This document shows, piece after piece, positions 63,019 to 64,000 of a stretch of DNA of 64,000 nucleotides. Source of the DNA: Bdellovibrionales bacterium (GTDB lineage Bacteria; Bdellovibrionota; Bdellovibrionia; Bdellovibrionales; JAGQZY01). Every line of letters begins with the position of its first letter. Positions within the stretch are counted from its first letter, which is position 1. The stretch lies in NCBI GenBank assembly GCA_965219545.1, contig CBDCNX010000002.1:20761-84760 (forward strand). Reading direction: 5' to 3'. Under the pieces are notes generated by a model that worked only from the letters and a program-made list of their open reading frames with translations, ran no database searches and was not told where the DNA came from. The position numbers and the translations under genes are program-made.

Positions 63019-64000
63019 GGCGTTGTTGCACATAAAGCAATTAGTTTCACCAAAGTCCAGGGAGCAAAAATAACATAAAAAAACGCCTCCCCATAGTTTA
63101 AAGTCAACTTGAAAGCAAAACTTAAACAACCAAGGATGGTTTTAACCAAGGATGGTTTTTATGGGAAAGCGTCTTAAAAAGATTAACTGGAAACCCTACA
63201 ACAAGGAACTCATTAAACGGGGTTCCATCACTTTTTGGTTCTCAAAAGATGTAAAAAATGATTGGTTTGCAAATTCTGAGGGTGGTCGGGGCTTTCAACC
63301 CGTCTACTCAGACACAGCCATTAAAGCTATTTCCCTGATCCGTTTCCACTTTGGCCTGACTCTTCGCTCAGTCCAGGGATTTACCGAAAGTCTGTTAAAA
63401 CTCATGGGAGTCTCTCTGCCTGTTCCCGATTATTCCACCTTGAGTCGTCGTTTAAGAAAATGTTCCATAGACCTTGGTAAAGTCAAATCAAAAGAGCCTG
63501 TTCATGCCGTCATTGACTCTACGGGTTTGAAGGTTTTCGGAGAGGGGGAGTGGAAGGTTCGTCAGCACGGGTATGCAAAGAGAAGGACCTGGAGGAAACT
63601 TCATTTATGTCTTGATGAGAAAACTGGAGAGATTTTATCAACCTGTTTAACGGACAATTCCTTTAAGGATTCAGAGGTTTTTGGGGATTTGGTAGGAGAT
63701 CTTGAGGATCATGTTTCCCGGATCAGTGCTGATGGGGCCTATGATTGCGGGGATTGTTGGGATCATTGCCAGAGAAACGATATTGTGGCTTTGATTCCAC
63801 CCAGGAAGGGGGCCAGGATCGGGAAACATGGCAATAACAAGTCTCCTCCAAAGCAGAGGGATGAAGTGATTCGTTCTATTCGCAAAGGGGGAAAAAGGAA
63901 ATGGAAAATAGAGAGTGGGTACAGTCGTCGGTCTATAGCTGAAACGGCCATGTATCGCTTTAAAAAACTCCTTGGTGAAAAACTCAGATCAAGGAATTTT
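63019..64000 (+). mobile_element. IS5-family (IS903-like) insertion sequence, copy 3 (3' end beyond window)
   Basis: IRL GGCGTTGTTGCACATA at 63019. The sequence is collinear with copy 2. Confidence 0.9.
63152..64000 (+). CDS. IS5/IS903-type DDE transposase (3' end outside window)
   Basis: ATG GTT TTT ATG GGA AAG CGT.. as in copy 2. The frame is open to the window end. Confidence 0.85.
   Translation, partial: MVFMGKRLKKINWKPYNKELIKRGSITFWFSKDVKNDWFANSEGGRGFQPVYSDTAIKAISLIRFHFGLTLRSVQGFTESLLKLMGVSLPVPDYSTLSRRLRKCSIDLGKVKSKEPVHAVIDSTGLKVFGEGEWKVRQHGYAKRRTWRKLHLCLDEKTGEILSTCLTDNSFKDSEVFGDLVGDLEDHVSRISADGAYDCGDCWDHCQRNDIVALIPPRKGARIGKHGNNKSPPKQRDEVIRSIRKGGKRKWKIESGYSRRSIAETAMYRFKKLLGEKLRSRNF

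Noticed and set aside
1-64000. tRNA or rRNA genes anywhere in the window
   Set aside because: I found no T-loop-like GGTTCGAATCC/GGTTCAAATCC strings outside coding sequence and no rRNA-like conserved blocks. A tRNAscan-type search would be needed to be certain.

Overview
This is a low-GC (by eye about 35-40%) bacterial chromosomal window, probably from a diderm. Housekeeping genes are interleaved with heavily IS- and repeat-invaded accessory DNA.

Core genes recognised from motifs:
- Ribosomal proteins L33, L35 and L20.
- A partial mevalonate-pathway block: type-2 IPP isomerase, class II HMG-CoA reductase and a GHMP kinase.
- grxB-like glutaredoxin 2, threonine dehydratase, hisC and cmk.
- A UvrD-family helicase, an RluF-like pseudouridine synthase and an SDR.
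- A GCS2-type ligase next to an AstE/AspA-like deacylase.
- Three paralogous S41/PDZ peptidases.

Mobile and repetitive DNA:
- Four IS5/IS903-like copies. Two are complete with 9-bp target duplications, one runs off the window end, and one is a decayed relic.
- Two IS66-family elements (tnpA-tnpB-tnpC) with 8-bp target duplications. One carries a group II intron (RT/maturase, domain V/VI visible) in the tnpB/tnpC junction.
- An IS91 transposase scrap.
- A roughly 74-bp palindromic intergenic repeat family, at least 11 copies.
- A TA-flanked MITE family.

Accessory cassettes:
- A HipA-like kinase core followed, not preceded, by a separately encoded HipA-N-subdomain-like protein.
- Two tandem HigB/HigA-like toxin-antitoxin (TA) pairs and a MerR regulator.
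- A frameshifted ClpP-fold (SDH-type) proteinase with a small partner ORF.
- A truncated PLD-SNF2 helicase.
- A dlt-like ACP/MBOAT/DltD/adenylase cluster.
- An IS-flanked PP-loop ATPase / di-iron desaturase-like / B12-radical SAM operon.

Several accessory genes carry single-base frameshifts, truncations or IS insertions, so this looks like a genome undergoing IS expansion and gene decay. I saw no rRNA, tRNA or CRISPR array. All family calls rest on motif recognition by eye; no searches were run.
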